DNA from: Isurus oxyrinchus
Lineage: Eukaryota
Length of the DNA stretch: 64,000 nucleotides
Direction: 5' to 3'
Assembly: GCA_026770705.1 (NCBI GenBank)
Contig: JANJGN010000026.1
Coordinates: 23,932,001-23,996,000 of the forward strand
The notes under the pieces were generated by a model. That model saw nothing but the letters and a program-made list of their open reading frames with translations. It searched no databases and was not told the origin of the DNA. The position numbers and the translations under genes are program-made. Each line of letters opens with the position of its first letter. Position 1 is the stretch's first letter. Below are positions 51,050 through 62,805 of this stretch, one piece after another.

Positions 51050-52110
51050 TGGCAGTGAAACAGTGAATACTGACATTATATGAAGCAAGCACTGTCTCAA
51101 TCATTTCCACACTGAACCCTTTACCGGTTCATATTAAATTTGACCTTTGTATATATTACACTCAGTGATGCCTCTGATCATATTACAACAGGTTGTGTCC
51201 CAGCTGTTTCTATAATAGCTCAACCTCAGTCAATATGCAGGTCAAAGACCATGTTACACTACACATTCTCTCAGTTATCACTGCACTAAACCATGTTTTG
51301 GCTAATATGACAATCGTCCATGTCTCAGTTTTTACTGCACTGGTACTTGTCTCTACTGATACGAAACCAGAACATGTTCCTGTTTACATGACATGAGGCT
51401 CTGCCCCTGTTACTGCACTACTAGGCGCTGCCACGTTTATACTAAACTAGGCAATGCCTTGGCTAACGCTGCACCAGTCTATGTCTCTGTTTATATCACA
51501 CGATGTCCTGTCACTTATTATTGTATAATACCGTGCCTCTCTCTTATTGCTGCACTTGCCCACATCTCTGTTTATATTAATCCAGGCCCTACATTGGCAG
51601 TTATTGCACTAGGCTCTGTCTCAGCTTATATTAGACAATGTCCAGTATCAGATGAAACTTCAGCATACCACGTGTGTGTTTCCCTTCACTAGATCCTGTC
51701 TCTGTTATTACTGAACTAGATCATGTCGGTGTTCATAGTTTTGCCATTGCGAGATTTGAACTCTTGATACTCTTTCGAGTACAAACCCATTTCCACCTGT
51801 TTTCAGATGAAGTTACATTGTTTCATAGTTTTGCCATTGTGAGATTTGAACTCTTGATCTTGGGGTTACAAACCCAGTACCATAACCACTTGGCTAATGT
51901 CGGTGTGCGCATTGCAGTAGACGCTGTCTCAATTATTACTGCACTCGGCACTGCCTCACTTTTTACTCCACGACATCATGCCTCTGTTTATATTGCACTA
52001 GATCACCTTTTTGCTTATTCTGTTGGACCCTATCTCAGTTTATATAACATTCGACCCTGCCTCAGTTATTTCTACGCTTGGCCTTGTCTCTGTGATTACT
52101 GCAACTGTGA
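51050..52110 (+). repeat. 27/54-bp minisatellite array
   Basis: Repeats such as actagatcctgtctctgttattactg; ORFs show the 9-aa periodicity (LDPVSVIT). Confidence 0.7.
51733..51896 (-). mobile_element. Dimeric tRNA-Thr-derived SINE with TSD
   Basis: Two tandem B-box units (atcaagagttcaaatctcRcaatggcaaaactatga); 10-bp TSD ATGTCGGTGT at 51723-51732 and 51897-51906. Confidence 0.8.
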
Positions 52111-52453
52111 GTTGGAGAGATAATATTATACACAAAGTTGTTGAGGTGGGAATTGTTCCCTGGCGTTGGCCAAAACGGGCGGTATTGGATGGCCCGTTCT
52201 TTGCATCACCTGATAGTTATTTTCATTTGATTTTAGTCAAAGAAATTATAGATCAGATATGGTCAGTTATGTGTGCCGTATAGGAAAAAAAAATCATGCC
52301 TCTAGCTTATACCGCCGTTTCTCAAAGATAAGTGAGGACCTTTACCCAAGTGTTTCAATATTTAATTTTCTTTTACTCAAACTGTCACTGCGGATGATTT
52401 AATATTGTAAATATTTATTGATAGCATGTTTCGTTGTGTACTTTTGCTTAGAA

Positions 52454-52870
52454 AGTGATGTCATTCTGACACTTTCGTCACTTAGACGAGCATGTCTTTC
52501 TCCAAACTCATTGAATGTCTCCTCTCTCCGTCTGAGGCAGCGTCTAACTCACTGAACCTCTTCTCTCTTTCTGTCTCTCTCAGACACTTTCTTGCTCGCT
52601 CTCTCTCCACTCACCATCTTATCCCTGCCCCCACACCCCCGCTCTCTCTCTCTCTCATGAAACAGTCCCTTATTCATTTTGCTCTTTGGAGAATTTTTTT
52701 TCGCAATTTCTCTTCTTTTCTCCCAGTGACAACTTTCAGTCCAATCCTGCCTTCAGTGATTGGGTTCAAATCCAAAACTATGCATTTAGTTAAATTGTAG
52801 GTTGTTTAATACTCTTAAGTATTTATTGATAACCAGTCTGTTGTGTGCATTTGTTTATACAGTGATGTCA
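52454..52870 (+). promoter_or_regulatory. Two TCR-decamer motifs without a recognisable V
   Basis: AGTGATGTCA at 52454-52463 and 52861-52870. Confidence 0.3.
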
Positions 52871-53279
52871 GACTGACGATTTCATTTCTAAGGTGCTTTA
52901 TCTGTCTCCAGTGATCAATTGGGAAGTGGAGTAAATCACATCCAGAAAAACCAGCAGTTTATTAACAAATGATCATCTCAATATCTCACAGAAGCTCCTG
53001 ATAATCTCGAATGTGTGATGATTTGTGCAAGTGATGGCAAAAATCAAACTTTACCTACACTTAACATGAGACTAATACTCATGTAATTCTCCGATTTATT
53101 ATTCCTGTTGATGGGAAGGATTGAAACTCCTGCTGCTCTCCAGAGATGTTCACTATTTCTATTTCCACTTTTTTAACTGTTATCTTCACAAATTCCACCA
53201 CAACCACTCGAATCATGTTTGGACGGATTGGTTTAACTGCAGGTTGTATATTCAATGTAATCTTAACGGAAATAAACCA

Positions 53280-54350
53280 GAGCCTAGTCAAGCATAAACA
53301 GAGACTGAATTTGGTGTAACATAAACAGAGATATGGATTACTGAATTAATAACAGAGACAGTATCTGTTTTAATATAAAAGGAGATATCAGCTAATGAAG
53401 TAATAACAGAGACAAGACCTGGTGTTATATAACCAGGGATATGGGCCTGCAGTAATATCAGTGACAGGACCTGGTGTAATATAAACATAGGTATCGGCTA
53501 GTGTAAGTAATAACAGGCACAGTACCTAGTATAGTACAGACAGAGGCATGTGCTAGTGCGGTGATAACACAAATTGGCCCAAGGAGTCATATAAACAGAG
53601 AAATTGGCTAGTTCAGGACTTGGTATAACATTGAATGAACCGATATTTTTGTGAAAATAATAACAAAAATACTTTGTATAAAATAACAACTGAAAGAAGT
53701 CATGGCAAAGCACTAGCAGAAACAGGGTCAACGTTAACAATATCAGAATCAGGATACTATTGAAAACTGATCGGCACAAGGTTTTCAGAAATAATGAGAG
53801 AGGCTTTCATTAGAATTTGAATGACATGTAGACTCTTCGTGCAACCATTACAGAAACAGTGTTTTATACAATGAGATTGGATATAGGGAACAGATTAAAA
53901 ACGGTAAAGCTCTGTGCAATTAATGCAATGTTTGATGTTAACAGAGGATAGCAGGTTGTAGTGCATCACTGAATACATCACTGGGTCCAGTGTGATAACG
54001 GCACAGTCAGCACCTGATCCACCCAAATCGAAGTTGGGCCTGATATAATAGTGTGTGTGAGACAGCGCCAATTGATACAATAGCAAATCTTTTGCCTAAT
54101 GCCCAATAGCCATAAGACCATAAGACATAGGAGCAGAAATTAGGCCATTCGGCCCATCGAGTCTGCTCCGCCATTCAATCGTGGCTGATAAGTTTCTCAA
54201 CCCCATTCTCCCGCCTTCTTCTTGTAACCTTTGATCTCCTTACCAATCAAGAACCTAAATCTATCTCGCTCTTAAATAACAGAGTCAGGCACCACTGCAG
54301 TATGAATGGGATGGAGTTGGTGCAATAACACTGACAAAGTCTAGTGTAAT
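53280..54350 (-). repeat. 27/54-bp minisatellite array (inverted), with a CR1 3' tip at about 54110-54275
   Basis: gtaataacagagacaagacctggtgttatataa-type units. Confidence 0.7.
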
Positions 54351-56699
54351 AGCAAATAAAACATAACATTCTGGAATTATTCTGCAGGTCAGGCAGAATC
54401 TGTGGCGATAAACAGAGTGAAAGTTTCATGGCGATGACCTTTCAGCAGAACCGGGGTCATCGATTAGAAACTTTAACTCCGCTTCTCTCCACAGCCACTG
54501 CACTCCCGAGTGGTACAGTTGGCCGTCCTCCTGCTTTTGAGCTGTAAGATCTGTGTTCAGATTCCACTCCCGGCTCCGTTGACCCACAGGAAGAGTGTGT
54601 GACAGAGGCCGGTTTTTAATTAGCCTCCAAAATCCTCCCGGCTCTCCACACTTTCCCCAAGGCTGCAAATAAGATGACGATCCGGAAAACAAACAGGCTC
54701 GACATCTGCTGTCTGACCTGTTGAGGATTTCCAGCACATTCTGTTTTCATTTTAGGTTTCTAGCATCTGTTAAATGTTGCCTTGTAGTAATGCAATGGGA
54801 ACTGGGGATACATCATGTCAGCATTGATGAATTAGCATCACTTTTACCCCTGGGTCAAATGGTTGTGGGTTGAAGCCTCGATCCAGAGAGCTGACCATTT
54901 AGTAACGCCCAGTGCTCACGGTGAGAGTTTATATGTCAGACTTTCTGTTCTATTATCCATTATTTTCTTACACTCAGGAGGAGGAATTAAAGACAGAGGA
55001 ACTCTGGACAGTTTCTCCATCCAGCAAAGGACGGGTTCCTGGGACATTGTTGCTGCTTTGCCCTTCATGCCCTCTCCAAAAATACAAACAACATCTCCCT
55101 CCTCGGATTTGCAAAGGGAGTTCCGACTGCCGGGTCCAGGCCAGACTGGGGTCTGGTCCAATAATAATCACAGAGGCCAGCTCCGGTGTGTCAATAACAG
55201 AGGCTGCTGGTAATCTTACATAAAGAGAGGCAGGAGTTCTAATAAACATCTGACTGTAACAGGGTGTGAACGTGTGAGGAAGCAATGATGTTTAGGGCCT
55301 TAGATCAGGTTTCTGTGTTATAGTGAGTGACCCAAAGATTTGTTTGGTAAAAGTGAAGTGGAAACATCATGAGAGAGGCCCGTGTGACTGACTCCACCTG
55401 ACTATGAGCTGTTATACCCAAGGGGAGGACAATCATGGCAGACTACAGAGATTTCTGCTATCTGCAGGGTCAATACTGCATCTGTCAGAGGAACAGAAAA
55501 TAATCAGATCCCTCTCATTCTTATCGACAGTTCTCCATTTACACAGACATGCAAGGGCTGGACCCGGCAGCTTGTATAAACCAATGTTCAGCTTGAGGCA
55601 TATGATGACATAAAGGATTGAACACCAAAACCTCACCAGAGGAAGAATCAAAGCTGAAAATGTTAAAGGTAATCGTGCTTTCTACTAAACGAGCTCTATT
55701 CAGTGTTATTATTTTGTTCAAATCAGTGGTTTGTTAACAGCAGTGAACTTCTGAATGATTCCTGGCAATTATCGACACACACACACACTCAAGCGCTGTC
55801 AAAAGGCAGGATCAGCAGAAGACGAAAGCTATATAATTATTGCATTTTATTTGGGCTCAATGAGGGACAGAAGTAGATTCAGGAAAGGTGCTGAGACAAT
55901 GATATAGATGAGCATTTCAATTGGTCCCATTCCCTGTAATCATTCAAATTTTAACCCCTTTAAGTATTTATAGAATTCATTTTACAAAGTTACTATTGGT
56001 CTCATTCCATCATCCTTTCAAGCTGTGCATTCCAGTTCAGAACAACTCACTGTGTTAGAGAAATAAACAATTATCCTCCTGTCTTCCTGTTTAATAAAGT
56101 AAATTTGCGCCCCCTGGTTACCGACCCTCCTACCAGTTGAAATAGTCTCTCTTTATTCACTCTATCAAAACTTTCATGATTTTGAACGCTTTTATTTAAT
56201 AGACACACAGAGAGGTGAAGAGAGATATACTAGAGAGATAGACAGAGATAAAACTAGGTAAGGAGACTTAAAATGAAAAAGGGAGACGGAATGTTGCAGA
56301 GAAACATAGGAAACAAGTTTCGAGGGAAAGTGAAAGTGCAGGGAGTGTGTGCGTGTGGCGGGGTGCGGGGGGGGAGGGGGGATGGTGTTGGTGGGGTGCG
56401 AAGGGGGAGTTAGAGTGGGGGCGGATGGTGGAGCATGACAACGAAAAATGAAAGGTAGCAAGATCTCATTTCCCTGCTTCAGGGACTCAAGGGAGCTCAG
56501 TGACTGACCATCCAGTTATGTCCTGGAAATGGAAATGTCCTGGAAATGCCCTAAACAGACCACCATAGGCTCATTTGTAAATATCACCGCAATGTGATCT
56601 GTGTGACTCTGCCCTGGCTCTGTGGCCAGATATAGGCCACCTTGACAGATGTTCTCATCAGATTGTGGCCCCTGGATTTATTTTCTGCTCAGAGTGAGA

Positions 56700-56845
56700 T
56701 GTGCGGTTTGGAACCGGCAGCAGAGAAACAGGAAGTTGTGTTACCTGAGAATGAAACAGCAGACGTCAGTTTCATGTTATTACCGTGAACATTCTTCCTG
56801 CCTGTGAGGGTGAACTCACTCTGACAGCATCAAGAACAACCACAC
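56700..56845. promoter_or_regulatory. Candidate T-cell regulatory motif cluster
   Basis: Runx TGCGGTT 56702-56708, Ets ACAGGAAGT 56728-56736, CRE GACGTCA 56762-56768, Runx AACCACA 56838-56844. Confidence 0.35.
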
Positions 56846-57657
56846 AGATTGCTGCTGGCTTCAGCATTACATTCACTTCCATTCTCATTTTAAAGAATTA
56901 AATAAATGAGATTGTTTTGGTTCTAACATATTAACTGAATGTGAGATGGACTGAAGGTTTTCACTGGGAGAAAAGGGGAAATTAAAACAATAATACCGCT
57001 CACAGGGGTTTATTCTAAATTGGAAAGTTTTAAGAGAGTTTGGTGCTGACTGAGAGAAAGAGAGGAGAGAGGTTAAGTGAGTGAGCTGGTGTCTTAATGA
57101 AACTGAATTTTCATCTGATGAGGTTTTGGCGCGTAATCTTTTCAGTGATAATGTGCTTTAAGCAAAAGATTTAAACATTGGTTCTTCGTAGCTGCCAGAT
57201 CCGGCCCTTGTGAGTCTGTGTAAGTGAATTAAGTGAAGTCTGAGAGAGGGAAGAGAGGTTAATTGATTTTCGTGTAGTCTGAGACAGAGGAAGAGAGGAA
57301 GAAGTTCAGTGAGTCATTTGAAAGATGTATGTTCCTTGACAACGGAATGGCCAGCCTGGCATTACTTTCCAGAGCACTCAAGAAAATGCGTTATTGATAA
57401 ATATTAACGGCAGCATATAGATAAAGTCTTAATAAACTATCGTAACGTGCTGAAAAATAATTATAATGACTTTTGCAAGCAATGAAGCTTAATATGTTCT
57501 CGACATACCAGCATTCACAACCACGCATACTGCTGCACACATTCACACACACAGCCACAGACACACTTGGTCGAGTATATTAATAAATGGAATAGATCCT
57601 TTGTAATATAAGGTGAGACAGAGGAGAGTAAAGTAATGAATGACGCTACCTAATACA

Positions 57658-57916
57658 NNNNNNNNNNNNNNNNNNNNNNNNNNNNNNNNNNNNNNNNNNN
57701 NNNNNNNNNNNNNNNNNNNNNNNNNNNNNNNNNNNNNNNNNNNNNNNNNNNNNNNNNNNNNNNNNNNNNNNNNNNNNNNNNNNNNNNNNNNNNNNNNNNN
57801 NNNNNNNNNNNNNNNNNNNNNNNNNNNNNNNNNNNNNNNNNNNNNNNNNNNNNNNNNNNNNNNNNNNNNNNNNNNNNNNNNNNNNNNNNNNNNNNNNNNN
57901 NNNNNNNNNNNNNNNN
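57658..57916. other. Assembly gap (259 N)
   Basis: Run of N. Confidence 1.
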
Positions 57917-58534
57917 GAACATTGGTTATTCGGGGCTTGTGGCTGCCCATTCGCCTGAGGATGCGGCGTCAGACCCTGTCTCTCACAATCAGTGGCCACG
58001 CCAAAAGCAAACAGAAATTCCTATTGGAAAGGTGAAAAAATCTGAAAATTAGAGAAAACTGTGAGCAATTGCCACTGATCAACTCATGTATGAATTAGTC
58101 ATCTCCAACACAATGCAGTGTGTGACTAAGTTGTGCAATTTGCAGTGCAATGTGGTTCACCTTTATTTCTATTCCTCAATCTCACTGATGAAGAGAATGT
58201 TACAAGATTGACCCTGACCTTTCAACACAAACATTACACACATTACAGCAGAGCAATTAGAAATTGCACACAATGTCTAATAGTTATTAACAAGACTAAA
58301 TATATTCTTCCAAAACCTTTTTATCTACAGGATAATGTAACATTTTAAAAATGAATACCCACCTATCCACCTGGCTCTCTCTCCAGCTCTATCCAATTAT
58401 CAGAGGTTTTTTACAGTGCAGTAATAACTGAGACTTGGTCGAGTATATTAATAAATGGAATAGATCCTTTGTAATATAAGGTGAGACAGAGGAGAGTACA
58501 GTAATGAATGACGCTGCCTAATACAGTAATATCA

Positions 58535-59680
58535 CAGAATCATAGAATCACAGAACTTTAATGGCACAGAAGGAGGCCATTCTGCCCTTCTTGTCTGCAT
58601 CGGCTCTCCAAATGAGCATTCTGACGTAGTGCTATTGCCCAGGCTTTTCCCCGCACCCTTGCACTTTGTTTCTATTCAAATAATCATTTAATGCCCTCTT
58701 GAATGCTTCAATTGAACCTGCCTAGGCAGTGTATTCCAGACCCGAACCACTCGTTGTGTGAAAAAGTTTTTTTCTCACATCACATTTGCTTCTTTTGAAA
58801 ATCACTTTAAACCTGTGCCCTCTCATTCTTTATCCTTTTTGCGAATTGGAACAGCTTCTTCCTCTCTACACTCTCCAGCCCACTCATGATTTTGAAAACT
58901 TCAATCAAATCTCCTTTCAGCCTTCTACTCTCCATGGAACACAATCCCAATTTCTCCAATCTCCCCTCATAACTGAAGTTTCTCATCCCTGGGAATATTC
59001 TTGTAAACCTCTTCAGCACTCTCTTCAATATCTTCACATCCTTCCTTTAGTATCGTACCAAGGACGGTACACAATATTCCAGCCGAGGTCTAATGGGGGC
59101 CTTATATAAATTCAGCAGAACCTCCCTGCTCTTGTACTCTGTGCGTCTATTAATAGAGCCCAGTATACTATATGCTTTATTAACTGCTCTCTCCACCTGT
59201 CCTGCCACTTTCAATGATCTATGCATATATACACCTAAGTCTTTCTGCTCTTGCACTCCTTTCAAAACTCCACCCCTCATTTTATACTGTCTGTCCATGT
59301 TCCCCCTACCAAAATGCATCACCTCACACTTCGCCACATTGAACTTCATCTGCCACCTATCTGCACACTCCACCAACTTGTCTGTGTCCTCTTGAAGTTC
59401 CACAACATTCTCCTGGCAGTTTACAACACTCCCAAGCTTCATATCATCCACAAACTTTCAAACTGTCCCCTGCACACCAAGGCCTAGATCGTTAGTATAT
59501 ATCAGGAAAAGCAAGGGTCCCAATACCAACCTCTGGGGAACTGCAGGACAAGACTTCATCCAGCCCGAAAAACATCCATTGACTATTACTCCCTGCTTCC
59601 TTTTTTTCATCCAATTTTTTATCCACATTGCTTCTTTCCCTTTTATTCCATTTGCAATAACTTTTCTCACAAGTTGGTTG
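58535..59680 (-). mobile_element. CR1 fragment (RT C-terminal half to 3' tail)
   Basis: VPQRLVLGPLLF, WQMKFNVAKCEVMHFGR, RLKGDLIEVFK; acagaatcatagaatc tail. Confidence 0.9.
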
Positions 59681-59959
59681 TCAGATAAATCCTAATATAA
59701 TACAAACAGAGACTTTGTGCAATGCAGCAGCAGCTCAGAAATTGTCACTTGCGGTATATATAGAGGCATGGCTATGTGCATTAATAAATAAAGCATCATA
59801 TAATGTAATAGAGACAGAGACAAAGTCTAGTGCAGTAATAACTGAGAAAAGGTCAATTGTACTGTATATAGAGGCATGTCCAGTGCATTAATAAGTTAAA
59901 CTGCAGATAGCGTTATATACACAGGTAAAGTGCTGAGAGAAAGATAAAAGGAGAAATAG

Positions 59960-60630
59960 TAAGTAATTGGGAAAGGTAATAGAATGTTATCATTTATTGC
60001 GAGGGGAATTGAATACAAATGTTTGGAAGTTATGCTTCAGCTATGCAGGACACCATTGAGATCGTGTTTGATGTACTGTGAACTGTATTAGTCACCTTAT
60101 TTAAAGAAGGATGTAAATCTGTTGTAAGAGGTTCAGAGAAGGTTTATTAGACAAATGCTTGGAATAGGTGTGTTGTCTAATAAGGAATGGTTGGACAGGC
60201 TAGACTTATAGCTTCTGGAGTTTAGAAGAGTAAGAAGCGACTTGACTGAAACATATATGATCATGAAGGGTCTTGACAGGGTGGACGTGGAGAGGATGTT
60301 TCCTCTTGTGGGAGAATCTAGAACTAGGGGTCACTGTTTAAAAATAAGGGGTCACCCATGTGAAATGGAGAAGAGGCGAATTTTTTTCACTCTCAGGGTC
60401 GTGAGTGTTTGGGACTCTCTCCCTAAAAAGGCAGTGGAAGCAGAGCCTTTGAATATTTTTAAGGCAGAGGTGGATAGATTCTTTGAAAGGAAGTGGGTGA
60501 TAGGTTGTCGGGGGTAGGCAGGATGCAGATTTCATGTTACTATCAGATCAGCCATGATCTTATTAAATGTCGGAGCAGGCTCGAGGGCCTGAATGGTCTA
60601 CTCCTGCTCCTTGTTTGTATGTTTGTGTTC
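59960..60630 (+). mobile_element. CR1 3' fragment
   Basis: TETYMIMKGLDRVDVERMFPLVGESRTRGH; 3' hairpin and tail. Confidence 0.85.
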
Positions 60631-60904
60631 GACTGGTCCAGCACAGACATAACTGAGACAAGGTCATCAGGTCAAGGACAGTGATTACTGAAGCACGGTT
60701 CAATGTAAAACACAGAAACACAAGGTGCAGTGAAATATAAATTAAAACATGTTTATACTACAGTGCGAACTGGAAAAGGGTTAATTGGAGTGTCCACAGA
60801 AGCATAGCCTAATGTAGTAATAACTGGTGCAAGACCTAATGATATAAAGAACAGCAGGGTCAGGTGCAGTGATAACTGGGAAAGGACCAATTGCAACACA
60901 AGAT

Positions 60905-62305
60905 TGTAGAGAAAAACTAGGGAACTTCAGACCAGTGAGTCTCATGTCAGTGGTAGGGAAACTATTGGAGAAATTTCTGAGGAGAGTATCTAGCTCCACT
61001 TGGAGAGTCAAAGTTTGATCAGGGATAGTCAGCATGGCTTTGTCAGAGGGAGGTCATGCCTAACAAATTTGATTGAATTTTTTGAGGTGATTAGCTGTGT
61101 AGATGAGGGTAGTGCAGTTTATGTCGTTTATATGTATTTCAGCAAAGTCTTTGACAAGGTCCCACATGGGAGACTTATAAAGCAGGCAAACGCACATGGA
61201 ATTCAGGGTAATTTGATAAGGTGGATTCAAAATTGTCTTAGTTGTAGGAAGCAGAGGGTGATGACAGAAGGATGCTTTAGTGACTGGAAGCCAATGTCCA
61301 GTGGCGTACCACAGGGATCTGTGCTCGGCCCCCTATTATTTATCATTTATATAAACGACATAGATGACTATGTGGGGGGTAGGATTAGTAAGTTTGCAGA
61401 TGACACAAAGATTGGCTGAGTGGTTAACAGTGAGGTTGTGTGTCTTGGGCTAGAGAAAGATATAGATGGGATGGTCAAATAGGCAGATAAGTGGCAGATG
61501 GAATTTAACCCTGAAAAGTGTGAGGAAGGAGTAATTTGACAAGGAAGTATTCAATGAATGGCATGGCAATAGGAAGCTCTGAGGAACAAAGGGACCTTGG
61601 CGTGTATGTCCATAGATCTCTGAAGGCGGAGGGGCATGTTATTGGGGTGGTGAAAAAGGCATATGGGACACTTGCCTTTATCAATTGAGGCATAGATTAC
61701 AAAAGTAGGGAGGTCATGTTGGAGTTGTGTAGAACATTGGTGAGGCCACAGCTGGAGTACTGTGTGCAGTTCTGGTCGCCACATTATGTGAAGGATGTGA
61801 TTGCACTGGAGGGGGTGCAGAGGAGATACAGCAGGATGTTGATGGGATGAAATATTTAAATAATGAAGAAAGGTTGGATAGACTTGGGTTGTTTTTGTTG
61901 GAGCGGAGAAGACTGAGGGGCAACCTGATCGAGGTGTACAAGATTATGAGAGGCATGGACAGGGTGGAAAGGGAACAGCTGTTCCCCTTAGTTGAAGGGT
62001 CAGTCACAAGGGGGCGTAAGTTCAAGGTGAGGGGCAGGAGTTTTAGGGGGGAATGTAAGGAAAAACATTTTTACCCAGAGGGTGGTGATGGTCTGGAATG
62101 CGCTGCCTGGGAGGGTGATGGAGGCGGGTTGCCTCACATCCTTTAAAAAGTACCTGGATGAGCACTTAGCACGTCATAACATTCAAGGCTATGGGCCAAG
62201 TGCTGGTAAGCGGGATTAGGTAGGTAGTCAGGTGTTTCTCACATGTCGGTGCAGACTTGATGGGCCGAAGGGCCTCTTCTGCACTGTGATTCTGTGATTC
62301 TATGA
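60905..62305 (+). mobile_element. CR1 RT fragment to 3' tail
   Basis: [32 protein letters not shown]; ctgtgattctgtgattctatg tail. Confidence 0.92.
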
Positions 62306-62805
62306 AGTAGAGATTTGGACAGCTGCAGCAATAAACAAGATAGTGCCAATTGTACTTTTAACAGTGACGTTCGCCTGTACAACAATAGCTAAAGCAAAGT
62401 GTAATCTAGCGTTTACAGTTACAAATAAGGGCATGAAATAAATTGAACAGGGAATGCATGGGAATTATTAAAACAGGGCCTTGATTGACATGAACCGAGG
62501 CAGAGTCTAGTGCAATGCAGGGCCTGGATTATTATAGGTTGAGGCAGGGCCTGGTGCAGTGATTAATGATACAGGGTTTTGATTGATGTAAACTGAGACA
62601 GGGTCTAGTGAAGTGATTAGTGTTGCAGGGCCTGATTTATTACCAACTGAGACAGGGACTAGTGCAGTAATTACTGATACAGAGTTTCGATTGATATAAA
62701 CTGAGACAGGGTCTAGTGAAGTGATTACTTTTACAGGGCCGAGTTTAATGTCAATGGAGGCAGGGTCCAATGTAATAATTACTGATACAGGGTCTCGGTT
62801 GATAT
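62305..62805 (-). repeat. 27/54-bp minisatellite, best-preserved block
   Basis: gagacaggg(t/a)ctagtg at 62595, 62649 and 62703 (54-bp period, two ~27-bp subunits). Confidence 0.85.

Noticed and set aside
54863-55285. Cluster of overlapping ~100-aa ORFs
   Set aside because: No recognisable domain; partly runs into the minisatellite
56107-56119. CTCF-like AACCAGGGGGCGC
   Set aside because: Falls inside a CR1 remnant where similar sequence is expected
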